Source: Promethearchaeia archaeon
GTDB taxonomy: Archaea > Asgardarchaeota > Lokiarchaeia > Sigyniarchaeales > SOKP01
Length of the DNA: 64,000 nt
Direction: 5' to 3'
Assembly: GCA_029856045.1 (NCBI GenBank)
Contig: JAHQWG010000012.1
Location: forward strand, 96,001-160,000
The notes beneath the pieces are model-generated. The model saw only the letters and a program-made list of their open reading frames with translations. It did no database searches and was not told the DNA's origin. A program made the position numbers and the translations under genes. How positions within the stretch are numbered: the stretch's first letter is position 1; each line of letters opens with the position of its first letter. Of this stretch, positions 42,001 to 50,659 are shown piece by piece.

Positions 42001-43743
42001 AACAAATTACAATCTGTCGAATGGAATGATCAAGCAGAATCTCTAATAGCGACAATTACCCATTATAAAAATAAATTAGAGAAAGATATTAAATTTCGTG
42101 AGTTAGAAAAAATTAAAGAATTAAAAAAGGAAAAAGAAAAATTAGAATTTCAAAAATTAACAGAGGAGCAAAGAGATCTAAAAGAAAGAGAATTGGATTT
42201 AAAGAGGAAAACTCTCTATGAAACTGAAGAAAGGGAAAAATTAATCGAACAATTACAAGAAAAAGCATTTCAATTAATGGATCAAGCAAAATCTAAATTA
42301 AGGAATAAGAAGTTTGATGAATCTATTGAATTATATGGGAAGAGTAAAGATATTTTCGAAGAAATTGAATATAAAGAAGGAATAATTTTAACAACAAATA
42401 CTATTCTTTCACTTAAAAAGGAAAGAGACACTTATTTTCAAAGATTGGAGAAAGCTGAAGAAATTGAAGCAATCAAACTTGTTGAAGAAAGAGAAATGGA
42501 ACAAAAATATAGAGAGACACTTGAAAAAGAAAAAGAAAAACGTAAAGAGAGATTATCAGAACTTGCTGTTAAAAAGAAGGAAGAAAAAAGAAAGGCTGAA
42601 AAGGCGTTTAGTTTAATCGATAAAGCTTCCAATTCAATTTTAAAAGAAAAATTTGATAAGGGATATGAACAGTATATGGAAGCACGTCAAATTTTTATGG
42701 AATTGGGGTGGAAACAAGAAGTTACAAAGATTGATCAAGACAATTTATTTTACCTAAAAAAGAAAATGAGAGAAGTTGAAGAGAGAAAAGAAAGACTTAA
42801 ACAGATAAGTGGAGAAAAGAAAAAAATGGAAGAATTAATGTCTGAATCTGAAAAAATACAATCTGAATTAGAGAAAAGTTCTGCAGCAAAGTTACGAAGC
42901 AAATATTTAGAAAAAGAGAAGGAAAAAATAAAACTTATAAGTAAAGAAGCAAAATCTTATCAAGCTTTGGATGAAGCAAATGAATTAATTGATAAGAAAA
43001 AGTTCAACTCTGCTGTAAGAATACTCAAAAAAGTTTATTCTGAATTTATTAATTCAGGTTGGAAAAAAGAAGCTCAAAAAATTAAACTTAAAATTGATAA
43101 AATCACAAATCAAAGCTTAATTCCGATAATTCAAGAGGAAAAAACTGAAAAAAAAGAATATTTTAAAGAAATAGATAGGGCTTATAATTTATTAGATGAA
43201 GCTGAAAGAGCAAGCCAACGAAAAAAATTTATGCGTGTTGTTTCAGTATTAGTAGAAGTAGAAGAAATTTTTGAAGACATCCAATGGGTTAATGCTTTAA
43301 AAATTATTAAGGAACAAATTGAAATAAATAAGATTAATGTTAAAGAAAAAAGAAAAAAAAGAGAAATTGAAGAAACTGGAGATATTATTGAAGGAAAAGT
43401 AGATTCTGAAACAGCATTTAATTATATGAATAAATGTAAAATGGCAGAGAGAAGAAATAATTTTTCAAGAGCGATCCAATTTGCTGAAAAGGCTCATCTT
43501 ATTTTTAAAGAATTAGGAAAGGATTGGGAAAGAGAAGCAAACAGAATAGAGCAATATATAGGTCAATTACAAACAGCACAGAAAGAGAGAAAAATAAAGA
43601 TTGATAGAGTAAAGACAGAAAAAACAAAAAAATTAGAAACGGAAAAAATAAAAGAACAAGATATTAAAGAGAGATTAGAAGAAAGAAGAAAACGGAGAGA
43701 TGATTTAAGAAAAAGACTTCAGGAAAGAAAAAATAAAAAATAA
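39055..43743 (+). CDS. Giant TPR/MIT-like helical repeat and charged coiled-coil protein
   Basis: 1562 aa, E/K/Q-rich, recurring A..L...A......FD.A...Y..A..IF.EIGW units. Confidence 0.85.
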   Translation: MRNPANSDNVDDDLVKQIFKIINMGKELIELDKFNDGIDCYNKAIGILKQMPGYENEVQKTEKLIEEAYTKYDQVFPKSEQEGEEIDRTQLKKEKLADFTKKKEEIEEKSKLAYDYLGKGSDFAQSNQFDKALEKYTQAKNIFQEIGWTSEVPKVELLIKELNEKKNKFLKIQEEKQKIIEKKKKITKKEQEIISQHGEFLQKSENAKETKLKTYQQKKQKEKDLSAEAYDLLGEASELIQSNEFEKALENYNQAKKLFNEINWQSEISKIQQFIKDLEEKQKKFMILQQELLKKQDISKEITEKDQEFLLKQQELKKYIEDIKETKVKAYQQKKQKEKDLSIEAYDMLGEASELEEENQFDEALENYLLATEIFKEIGWHSEVPKIQELMKNLKIKKNKYLELLQKEKEMQTQLQIEQSKLKEFELIKQESLQKESIQKEEKIKRMEQQKKEQRRIEKEIQDKVNYVGKLVRDYEKSLKKGKFDQQNPYEEIISIYEGIIEILKETGWTDQINPYKETIKHYEEKLARDGKLREIERQKQEEELISTIPVEDQIETQVLTDKRKKLEQKKKEQKRIEKEIQDRINYAEQLEREYDLVLKKKDFSQKAPYNEIIMIYEDIIKILKEVEWMDQIKPYRGTIKHYEEKSAHDLKLRELERQKQEIDEFVITPLVDDSKSQKITDKRVELEQKKLKQQQIENEIQDRVNYAESLEREYELVLKKKDFSLESPFDEIIIIYEELIEILKNAGWTDQIKPYSETIKHYEEKSVRDTRLREFERQKQEKEMIPIAVDEDGAKTQELLDKQMELEIKKKKQERIEEEIQKKVNYAESLAREYELALRKKDFSKVCPYENIIEIYKEIIEILKETGWTDQIKLYTETIKHYEQKLEHDKKFREFERQKLEKVEIEYFPPQESLKDSVATDLRMIKHEKKKKEEIQVQKEIDDMINIAENMAREYEKKLRYKDFSKPCPYEEIIKIYRKAKNKLQSVEWNDQAESLIATITHYKNKLEKDIKFRELEKIKELKKEKEKLEFQKLTEEQRDLKERELDLKRKTLYETEEREKLIEQLQEKAFQLMDQAKSKLRNKKFDESIELYGKSKDIFEEIEYKEGIILTTNTILSLKKERDTYFQRLEKAEEIEAIKLVEEREMEQKYRETLEKEKEKRKERLSELAVKKKEEKRKAEKAFSLIDKASNSILKEKFDKGYEQYMEARQIFMELGWKQEVTKIDQDNLFYLKKKMREVEERKERLKQISGEKKKMEELMSESEKIQSELEKSSAAKLRSKYLEKEKEKIKLISKEAKSYQALDEANELIDKKKFNSAVRILKKVYSEFINSGWKKEAQKIKLKIDKITNQSLIPIIQEEKTEKKEYFKEIDRAYNLLDEAERASQRKKFMRVVSVLVEVEEIFEDIQWVNALKIIKEQIEINKINVKEKRKKREIEETGDIIEGKVDSETAFNYMNKCKMAERRNNFSRAIQFAEKAHLIFKELGKDWEREANRIEQYIGQLQTAQKERKIKIDRVKTEKTKKLETEKIKEQDIKERLEERRKRRDDLRKRLQERKNKK
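39340..42150 (+). repeat. Intragenic tandem repeats: 3 x 348 bp, then 5 x 360 bp
   Basis: AYD codons at 39391/39739/40087; homologous unit positions at 40441/40801/41161/41521/41881. Confidence 0.85.
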
Positions 43744-43948
43744 AAGAGTGAAACATAGATAAAATGATTTTAACTTTTTTGCAGTAATTAATTTCAAAAA
43801 AATGAAATAAAAACGAGACAAAATTTCATAAATTTTTGTCGGCAATAAAAACTCATTAATTTTGGGGATATTTTTGGACTGTGGTCAATTTCCACTGCAA
43901 AATTAAAATAAGAGAAAAATATAATAAAAAATAAAAAGGTGAAAAATA

Positions 43949-44140
43949 ATTCAACTCTCTTCTGTTTGCTTACCTGAAAAATATTTAGAAATATTGGAAG
44001 TTTTTGTCACTGAAGGTCGATTTCCAAATAGATCAGAAGCTATTCGTGTGGCAATTCGAGATTTAATTAAAAAAGAATATTTATTAGAAGAAATATATAA
44101 AAAATCCCAGCTCCAATACCAGAATAGCCAGAAAAATTAA
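43949..44140 (+). CDS. CdrS-like ribbon-helix-helix regulator, 63 aa, ATT (or ATA 43946) start (absent from the ORF track)
   Basis: (I/M)QLSSVCLPEKYLEILEVFVTEGRFPNRSEAIRVAIRDLI; AGGTGA 6 nt before ATT; in-frame TGA at 43940. Confidence 0.8.
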   Translation: MQLSSVCLPEKYLEILEVFVTEGRFPNRSEAIRVAIRDLIKKEYLLEEIYKKSQLQYQNSQKN

Positions 44141-44282
44141 AATCTTTTTTATTTCTTAATTAAATTGTTCATTTCTTAGAATTTTAGATCTCTAGAAAAA
44201 TAGTAAATTTGAAATTTTTCAGAAAACTTATATGTTACATATTATATGTATAGTACACATAACAAATAAAATGATACTAAAT

Positions 44283-44603
44283 ATGGCGGATATTAAAATG
44301 CAACTCAAAGATCATCTAAAAAGCGCCGAAGATTGGGGGAAAATGGAGACTCCAATTCCAGGAGTTTATGTAGTGAAAGTGCCTGCTACAAAAACACGCC
44401 CTGCTCTTCTATTTTTAGAGATAAATCCAATAAAAGACGATGGCAAACCAATAAAACGTAAGGGGCTTTTTATTGGAAATTTTGAAAATCTTTTACTCTT
44501 CTCAGAAGCACTTGCAGATGATAAAGTTGTTCAGCTTATAAGAACTCTTGAAGACATAAACCCGAAAGCTCAAACACAAATGAAAAAGTTAAAAATGGAT
44601 TAA
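44283..44603 (+). CDS. Hypothetical protein
   Basis: MADIKMQLKDHL...VVKVPATKTRPALLFLEINP...KRKGLFI; poly-T tract downstream. Confidence 0.75.
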   Translation: MADIKMQLKDHLKSAEDWGKMETPIPGVYVVKVPATKTRPALLFLEINPIKDDGKPIKRKGLFIGNFENLLLFSEALADDKVVQLIRTLEDINPKAQTQMKKLKMD

Positions 44604-44770
44604 TTTTTTTTTTTTATTTTTATTTTTATATTAAATTCTAAGAAAAAAAAATATTGGGATGCAATTAATTGGAAATAATTAAAAATCTTATATTTTTTTT
44701 ATATCTTAAGACTCATTTATTTATATTATTATAAAATTTTCAAACTAAAATAAAAAAAATATGATTTAGA

Positions 44771-45037
44771 ATGGAAGATAAATGTGATGAGTGTGATGGT
44801 GCTATCTTTAGAATCGTAAATGATAGTATTCTAAAGCGAAGGTACAACTTTGTAACCGATACTAATTTGAAGATGTGTGAAGATTGTGGCGCGAAATATA
44901 TTACATGTAAAAATTGTGGTGCGCTATTAACTCGAGTACATCTTTCATTAGATGTATATGGTGTTAGGAGTAAATGCCGATCATGTGGTACTGAAGATCC
45001 AGAAGTTGCAGCATGGATTAAAAGGGGGGGCGGGTAA
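44771..45037 (+). CDS. Double zinc-ribbon protein
   Basis: Four CxxC pairs in 88 aa. Confidence 0.8.
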   Translation: MEDKCDECDGAIFRIVNDSILKRRYNFVTDTNLKMCEDCGAKYITCKNCGALLTRVHLSLDVYGVRSKCRSCGTEDPEVAAWIKRGGG

Positions 45038-45163
45038 AAAAAGTTTTTCACTTTTTTATTCTTATTTTTTTAAAAATAGAATAATCTTGATAATTAAAAA
45101 TTAATAAATGATTAAAGAGATATTTTCTATATATCTTTATAAATATTATTTAGGTATCATATT

Positions 45164-45613
45164 ATGGACGTTCGTATTCGAGTCGGAACTCCTGATGATA
45201 GAGCGACATTAAAAAAGTTTGTTAATCAACTGGTTGCTGATTTAGGAGAAGATTTTGATGAAAAGAGATTTGATTGGGGCATATTACGTAGATTATATGA
45301 TCCATTGCAAAGGCATGGCATCTTCATAGCAGAAAATGAAGAAAATGGTGAACCAGCCGGAATGATCGTTGCTGAATTGAGAGTTGATCCCTATGGTTTA
45401 AGTGAAGGATATATAAAGTTAGTTTTTGTAAGTCCAGAGTATAGAGAAAAAGGAGTTGGAGAAAATTTGCTACAAGAGGCTCTAAATCATCTAAAGAAAA
45501 TCAAAGTTCAAAGAGTTAAGATAAATCTTAAAGAAGAAGCGATAAAAGCAGCTAAACTATATGAAAAATATAAATTTAAAAAGAAATACGAAGTACTGGA
45601 ATTAAAATTCTGA
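45164..45613 (+). CDS. GNAT N-acetyltransferase
   Basis: VFVSPEYREKGVG, AAKLYEKYKF. Confidence 0.9.
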   Translation: MDVRIRVGTPDDRATLKKFVNQLVADLGEDFDEKRFDWGILRRLYDPLQRHGIFIAENEENGEPAGMIVAELRVDPYGLSEGYIKLVFVSPEYREKGVGENLLQEALNHLKKIKVQRVKINLKEEAIKAAKLYEKYKFKKKYEVLELKF

Positions 45614-45637
45614 TAAGTTGATGGAGAATTAAATTTA

Positions 45638-46636
45638 ATGGCATTGGATAATGAATCCTTATTAGATGTTCCTTGGATTGAGAAATATAGACCACAGGAA
45701 TTCGAGGATATTATTAGCCAGAATCTCGCAATTAATAATTTAAAAAGATTTATTAATAGTAAAACAGTTCCTCATCTTATTTTTACTGGTCCTGCGGGAA
45801 ATGGTAAAACAAGTTCGGCTTTAATTTTAACACATAAATTATTAGGTAATGATTGTAAAAAGAAAGGGCTTCTTCTAGAATTAAATGCCTCTGATAATGT
45901 CAGGATGGAATATGTTAGGAATATTTTGAAAAAATTTGTTAATCAATCATTAATTTCACAAGATTCGGAAGAGAATCATGGTAAAATCGTGATTCTTGAT
46001 GAGGCAGATAATATTCCTGGAACTGTTCAGCAGGCATTAAGAAGAATCATTGAAAAATCTTCAGGAAATGTAATTTTTATATTCTTGTGTAATAATATAA
46101 ACCGAATTATAGATCCACTTATTTCAAGATGTGCAGTTTTAAGATTTACACCATTAAATAAAGAGAAAATAATTTCTCGTTTAAAATTTATAATAAAGAA
46201 AGAAAACATCACTATAAAGAATCAAGATAAATTGTTAGATATATTATTTTTCATCAGTGAAGGAGATCTTAGAAAAGCAATAAATACATTACAAATGACT
46301 GTTGCTTTAGAAATTATTGATGATCTAAAACTTGATGAAATTTATTCGATCTCCGGCTATTTCAAACCAGAAATCTTGGAAAAATTATTTAATGCTTTAA
46401 AACTAAGAAAAATTGATGATTTAAAAGATATAGGTAAAAGTCTTAGGGGATACTCAAGTAGAAATTTAATAAGACAAGTGCTATTAAAAATATCTCAAGA
46501 GAAGGATTTAAATAATATAAATTTAGCAAAAATTTATAATTTCCTTGGAGAATACGAATTTAGAATAACTCAAGGTTCTAATTCAGAAATTCAATTAAAT
46601 GCATTATTTAATATGATCAGTAGGGAGTTGAGATAA
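45638..46636 (+). CDS. rfcS: Replication factor C small subunit
   Basis: PWIEKYRP, GPAGNGKT, ELNASD, ILDEAD, SRC, GDLRKAIN. Confidence 0.95.
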   Translation: MALDNESLLDVPWIEKYRPQEFEDIISQNLAINNLKRFINSKTVPHLIFTGPAGNGKTSSALILTHKLLGNDCKKKGLLLELNASDNVRMEYVRNILKKFVNQSLISQDSEENHGKIVILDEADNIPGTVQQALRRIIEKSSGNVIFIFLCNNINRIIDPLISRCAVLRFTPLNKEKIISRLKFIIKKENITIKNQDKLLDILFFISEGDLRKAINTLQMTVALEIIDDLKLDEIYSISGYFKPEILEKLFNALKLRKIDDLKDIGKSLRGYSSRNLIRQVLLKISQEKDLNNINLAKIYNFLGEYEFRITQGSNSEIQLNALFNMISRELR

Positions 46637-46642
46637 ATAACA

Positions 46643-47689
46643 ATGACTATTAATTCTCCCGTTTGGTCGGTTAAATACAAACCAAAAACTTTAAGTGAAA
46701 TTTGTGGTAGAGAACAAATTAAATTTCAATTAAAAGAGTATATTTCAAAAAAAAATTTCCCTCATTTACTTTTGACTGGCTATTACGGAGTTGGAAAAAC
46801 TACAATTGCAAAATGTTTTGCTAAAGAATTTTTAGGAGGATCTTATGAATCTAATTTGAAAACTCTTTTTGCAGACGTACCCATATCCAAAGAAGAAAGA
46901 AAGCAAGCTGGAATTAGATCAACCTTTTCTACAGGGATGATTGGAAGTCGAGCAGGGAAGAGAAGATATATCCATCCCTTTCTGGATATAAAAGTAAAAC
47001 CTTTTATTCAAATAAGAGTGCTTGGAGAAGCTCCCTTTAAAATATTAGTTGTTAAAAATTTTGAAGCTTTAGGACAATTTCAACAAGGCTTTAGAAGGCT
47101 TATGGAAACTTATGGATCTAATTGTAGAATGATTCTAATTACTTCTAAAATCTCAACAATTATTGATCCGATCATTTCTCGTTGTCAAATTTTATTTATC
47201 CCTCCTGTAGAATTTAAAGACTATAGTGATTTTATTAAGGGAGTATCAAAAAAAGAAGATATTAACATAAATGAGCCTGCACTTAAAATTCTTTATAAAT
47301 ATTCAGAGGGTCAATTAAATAAAGCAATTAATATCTTGCAATTATCTGCAATGTTATCAACTAATATCAATTCAGAAGTATTATACGAAGTAATCAATAG
47401 TACTAAGGATAAGAAAATAAAAGAATTGTTAAAACTGATTTTAAAAAGCGATTTTTCTGCCGTAAGAGCACAATTGAGAGCAATTCGAAGAGAATTTAAC
47501 TATTCTGCGCAAGAAGTATATAAAAAATTATTAGATGAGATATTTATATTGCCTTTAAGTAAATCTATCAAAATTCAATATATTAATTATATTGCCGAGG
47601 CTGATTTTAAAAGTATAGATGGCTTGGATCCTGATATTCAATTATCGAATTTAGTATCTAAATTGTGTTTTTTATTTGAAAAAATCTAA
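46643..47689 (+). CDS. rfcS2: Second RFC small subunit with degenerate Walker B
   Basis: WSVKYKP, GYYGVGKT, VVKNFE in place of DEAD, QQGFRRLME, SRC. Confidence 0.85.
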   Translation: MTINSPVWSVKYKPKTLSEICGREQIKFQLKEYISKKNFPHLLLTGYYGVGKTTIAKCFAKEFLGGSYESNLKTLFADVPISKEERKQAGIRSTFSTGMIGSRAGKRRYIHPFLDIKVKPFIQIRVLGEAPFKILVVKNFEALGQFQQGFRRLMETYGSNCRMILITSKISTIIDPIISRCQILFIPPVEFKDYSDFIKGVSKKEDININEPALKILYKYSEGQLNKAINILQLSAMLSTNINSEVLYEVINSTKDKKIKELLKLILKSDFSAVRAQLRAIRREFNYSAQEVYKKLLDEIFILPLSKSIKIQYINYIAEADFKSIDGLDPDIQLSNLVSKLCFLFEKI

Positions 47690-47716
47690 TGGAAATTTAA
47701 TAAAAAGGAATCAATA

Positions 47717-48982
47717 TTGAAACAGAGAGAAAAAAAAACAGAATTACCCTGGGTGGAAAAGTATAGACCTAAATCAATTAGGGATATGGCAAAGCCCGTC
47801 GCAAAAGTAAATAGACAAAAAATCGATTTAATTGATGAGTTAATTAAATTCATCAAAAATTTTAAAAAAGATAGTAAAGAAAAGGCAATATTACTTGAAG
47901 GATCACCAGGCATTGGAAAAACTTCGGTTGTTTATGCTATAGCCAATGATCTAAACATGCAAGTAATAGAAACAAATGCATCTGATACTCGAACACAACG
48001 ATCTCTAAAAAGTAAATTAGATGAAGCTTCCAAAGCAAGAGATATGATGGATTTTATATCTAAATCTAAAAATAAAATTATCCTTATTGATGAAATAGAT
48101 GGAATTTATGGAGTTAGTGATAAAGGAGCTATTCCAACTGTTTTAGAAATTATGAATAATAGTGAATTTCCAATTATCATAATCGCTAATGAATATAAAA
48201 GAAGTTTAACTCCAATTTATAAAAAAGTAAAAAAATTTGAAGTTCAACCCTTATCTGAGGAAGCTGTTATTAAAATACTAGAAAAAATCCTTAAAAAAGA
48301 AAATATTCATGATTTTAAACCTAAAGATTTAATTTCTATTGCCCAGAAAAACAAAGGTGATCTACGTGCTTCTATTAATGATCTCCAAGGATTAATGCAA
48401 GGTGGAAGAAGCGCTGAATCTCTTAGAAATATTGATGAACTTCAAAGAGATACATCTGAAGTTATTTTTTCTCTAATACGGTCTCTATTTACAGAAGTAA
48501 AAACATTAATCGATGCAAAAAGATTACTTGATAAATCAGATGTGGATTATAGTTTATTATATAGATGGGTAAATGAAAATTTGCCGAAATATATTAATTT
48601 AAATGATGAGCTGGTCGATGCGTTTGAAAATATTTCCACTGCAGACCAGATATTTGGTCGAATAAGAAAATATCAAAATTGGGCTTTACTGCCTTATTTC
48701 TTTGATTTATTTGGTGGAGGTGTTTCTCTTGCTAAAAAGAGGAGTTATACCCCAAAATTTGTAAGAACTACTTTTCCTGAAATTATTTCAAATATAATTG
48801 GTAGAGATAAACTTTCTTTAGCAAAAAAAATAGAGGATGTATATGAAATTTCCGCTATCGAAGCAACAAGAACTGTAATTCCATTCCTGAGACTATTATC
48901 CTCGAAATCAATAAAAATGAAAAAGGAGATAAGCGATTGGCTGCAACTCGATTCAAAAGAGAAACAAGTTTTGAAAAAATAG
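47717..48982 (+). CDS. rfcL: Replication factor C large subunit
   Basis: PWVEKYRP, GSPGIGKT, ETNASD, IDEIDG, GDLRASINDLQ, WVNEN. Confidence 0.93.
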   Translation: MKQREKKTELPWVEKYRPKSIRDMAKPVAKVNRQKIDLIDELIKFIKNFKKDSKEKAILLEGSPGIGKTSVVYAIANDLNMQVIETNASDTRTQRSLKSKLDEASKARDMMDFISKSKNKIILIDEIDGIYGVSDKGAIPTVLEIMNNSEFPIIIIANEYKRSLTPIYKKVKKFEVQPLSEEAVIKILEKILKKENIHDFKPKDLISIAQKNKGDLRASINDLQGLMQGGRSAESLRNIDELQRDTSEVIFSLIRSLFTEVKTLIDAKRLLDKSDVDYSLLYRWVNENLPKYINLNDELVDAFENISTADQIFGRIRKYQNWALLPYFFDLFGGGVSLAKKRSYTPKFVRTTFPEIISNIIGRDKLSLAKKIEDVYEISAIEATRTVIPFLRLLSSKSIKMKKEISDWLQLDSKEKQVLKK

Positions 48983-49009
48983 AGATAATGATGCCTTTAA
49001 GATAGTTTT

Positions 49010-49621
49010 TTATAATTTCTTATAAAACATATATATTGCATTAACAAGGATCCAAGATGTAATTATAAATGTTACAGCCCATTCTGTTATCGGCCACCAT
49101 GTAAATAAGTTAAACAAGATTACACCAATACCAATAAAACCATGAAAAGCTTGTAATTTTGAAAATTTTGAATTTTTTAAAATTAAAATGCTAAAAAGAG
49201 TTAAGTAAAGAATCTCGCATATCCAATTTATCAAAGCAAAAATGACATGAAAAAATAAAATAACATTATTCTGTATTGCTGGAAAGCATCCGATAAGTGA
49301 AAAAGAAATGCAAGAAATAATGGAAATAATCACTGCACTTTTTTCAAGACTGTCATAATTATTATCACTTCTAAAAACTCGACCAAAATAAATAAAAAAT
49401 GGTATTGCCAATATTCCAGCTAAAACTAATCCCAAATTAAAAAAAAATCCACCTGGGCCTACACCCAATTCGCTTATCATATCGAGAAGAAAATTATAGT
49501 TTGGAGATAATAATAATGCGATAGTATTAAATAAAAGTCCAATTGCAACCGATAATATACCATAGACACTGCCACGTGCAAATCTATAAAGTTTTTCAAT
49601 AAAACTATTGTATTTTTCCAT
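49010..49621 (-). CDS. DUF998-like membrane protein
   Basis: YNFLLDMISELG, FNLGL, GCFP, HVIFA, TEW. Confidence 0.75.
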   Translation of the reverse strand: MEKYNSFIEKLYRFARGSVYGILSVAIGLLFNTIALLLSPNYNFLLDMISELGVGPGGFFFNLGLVLAGILAIPFFIYFGRVFRSDNNYDSLEKSAVIISIISCISFSLIGCFPAIQNNVILFFHVIFALINWICEILYLTLFSILILKNSKFSKLQAFHGFIGIGVILFNLFTWWPITEWAVTFIITSWILVNAIYMFYKKL

Positions 49622-49819
49622 AATTATTCAATTCTATAAATATTTTAAATTGTTTTGCGAAATTAAAAAAAATTCTTCATTTTAGAATTAAATTAAATAT
49701 ATTTAGACTACTCTAAAATGAGTAAATACTAGGGATTATTTGAGTAATCCTTTTTATAGAATGGGATATTTTTATATATAATAACTTTTTTAAAATCATT
49801 TCTTTAAGTTGGATTAAAA

Positions 49820-50632
49820 ATGGAGCCAGAATCAAAGATAATTCTTCCTAAAAGCTATTTTAACTCAAAATCTATTGCATTTCTAAGCGTAATGAGTGCA
49901 TTGGGCGTGGTTTTAGCATTTTTATCAGTATATACGTTACCTATAGGTCCCGGTGTCGCAATTGATTTGTCACATATAGGTACATATATTGTAGCTTTAA
50001 GTGGGGGACCTTTGTTAGGTTCAATAGCAGGAGCTATAGTAGGGCTTATTCCTGCTTTTCGTTTTGCAAATCCAGCGTTGATACCAGGAAAAGTTTTAAC
50101 TGGATTCTCTGTTGGATTTATTTATTATATTCTAAATGCAAAAATAACATTCTTTAAACAATATAAATATAAGAAAATATTTGCAATTTTAATTTCAGGA
50201 ATTTTAGGTTATATTCCTGAAATGATTTTCACGATATGGGATTTAAATATAATTATAGGAATGCCAGAAGCAGTAGTTTTTGAAATCTTAATTAAAGCAT
50301 GGATAGAAATTATCGTAATTTCAATTCTAATGAGTATAATATTTAAAAATAAACATATTTCAGACCTGATTAGTAATTTAATTGGAGAACGAGAACAAAT
50401 CAGAACGTCTGAAATCTTAGTTTTTACTAGTATAATCGATGCATCAATGCTGTTTTTAATGTTAATTTTCCTTCCATTCGACTTTTATTCACATGCATGG
50501 GGTTGGACTTTTACCAGTCAAACGGAATTTGAATATTTTATGTGGATAGTCGGACTAACAATTATTTTAGCCGGAATTATATTATATATTGCATACGATC
50601 TGAAGATTAAAAAGAAAAGAGAAATAAATTAA
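49820..50632 (+). CDS. ECF transporter S-component-like membrane protein
   Basis: IAFLSVMSALGVVL, IDLSHI, GGPLLG; two extra C-terminal TMs. Confidence 0.75.
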   Translation: MEPESKIILPKSYFNSKSIAFLSVMSALGVVLAFLSVYTLPIGPGVAIDLSHIGTYIVALSGGPLLGSIAGAIVGLIPAFRFANPALIPGKVLTGFSVGFIYYILNAKITFFKQYKYKKIFAILISGILGYIPEMIFTIWDLNIIIGMPEAVVFEILIKAWIEIIVISILMSIIFKNKHISDLISNLIGEREQIRTSEILVFTSIIDASMLFLMLIFLPFDFYSHAWGWTFTSQTEFEYFMWIVGLTIILAGIILYIAYDLKIKKKREIN

Positions 50633-50659
50633 AAAAAAAATACCAAAAAATATTATTTC

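Noticed and set aside
39340-42150. CRISPR-like or non-coding repeat array
   Set aside because: Repeats are in-frame coding units of 348/360 bp without spacers
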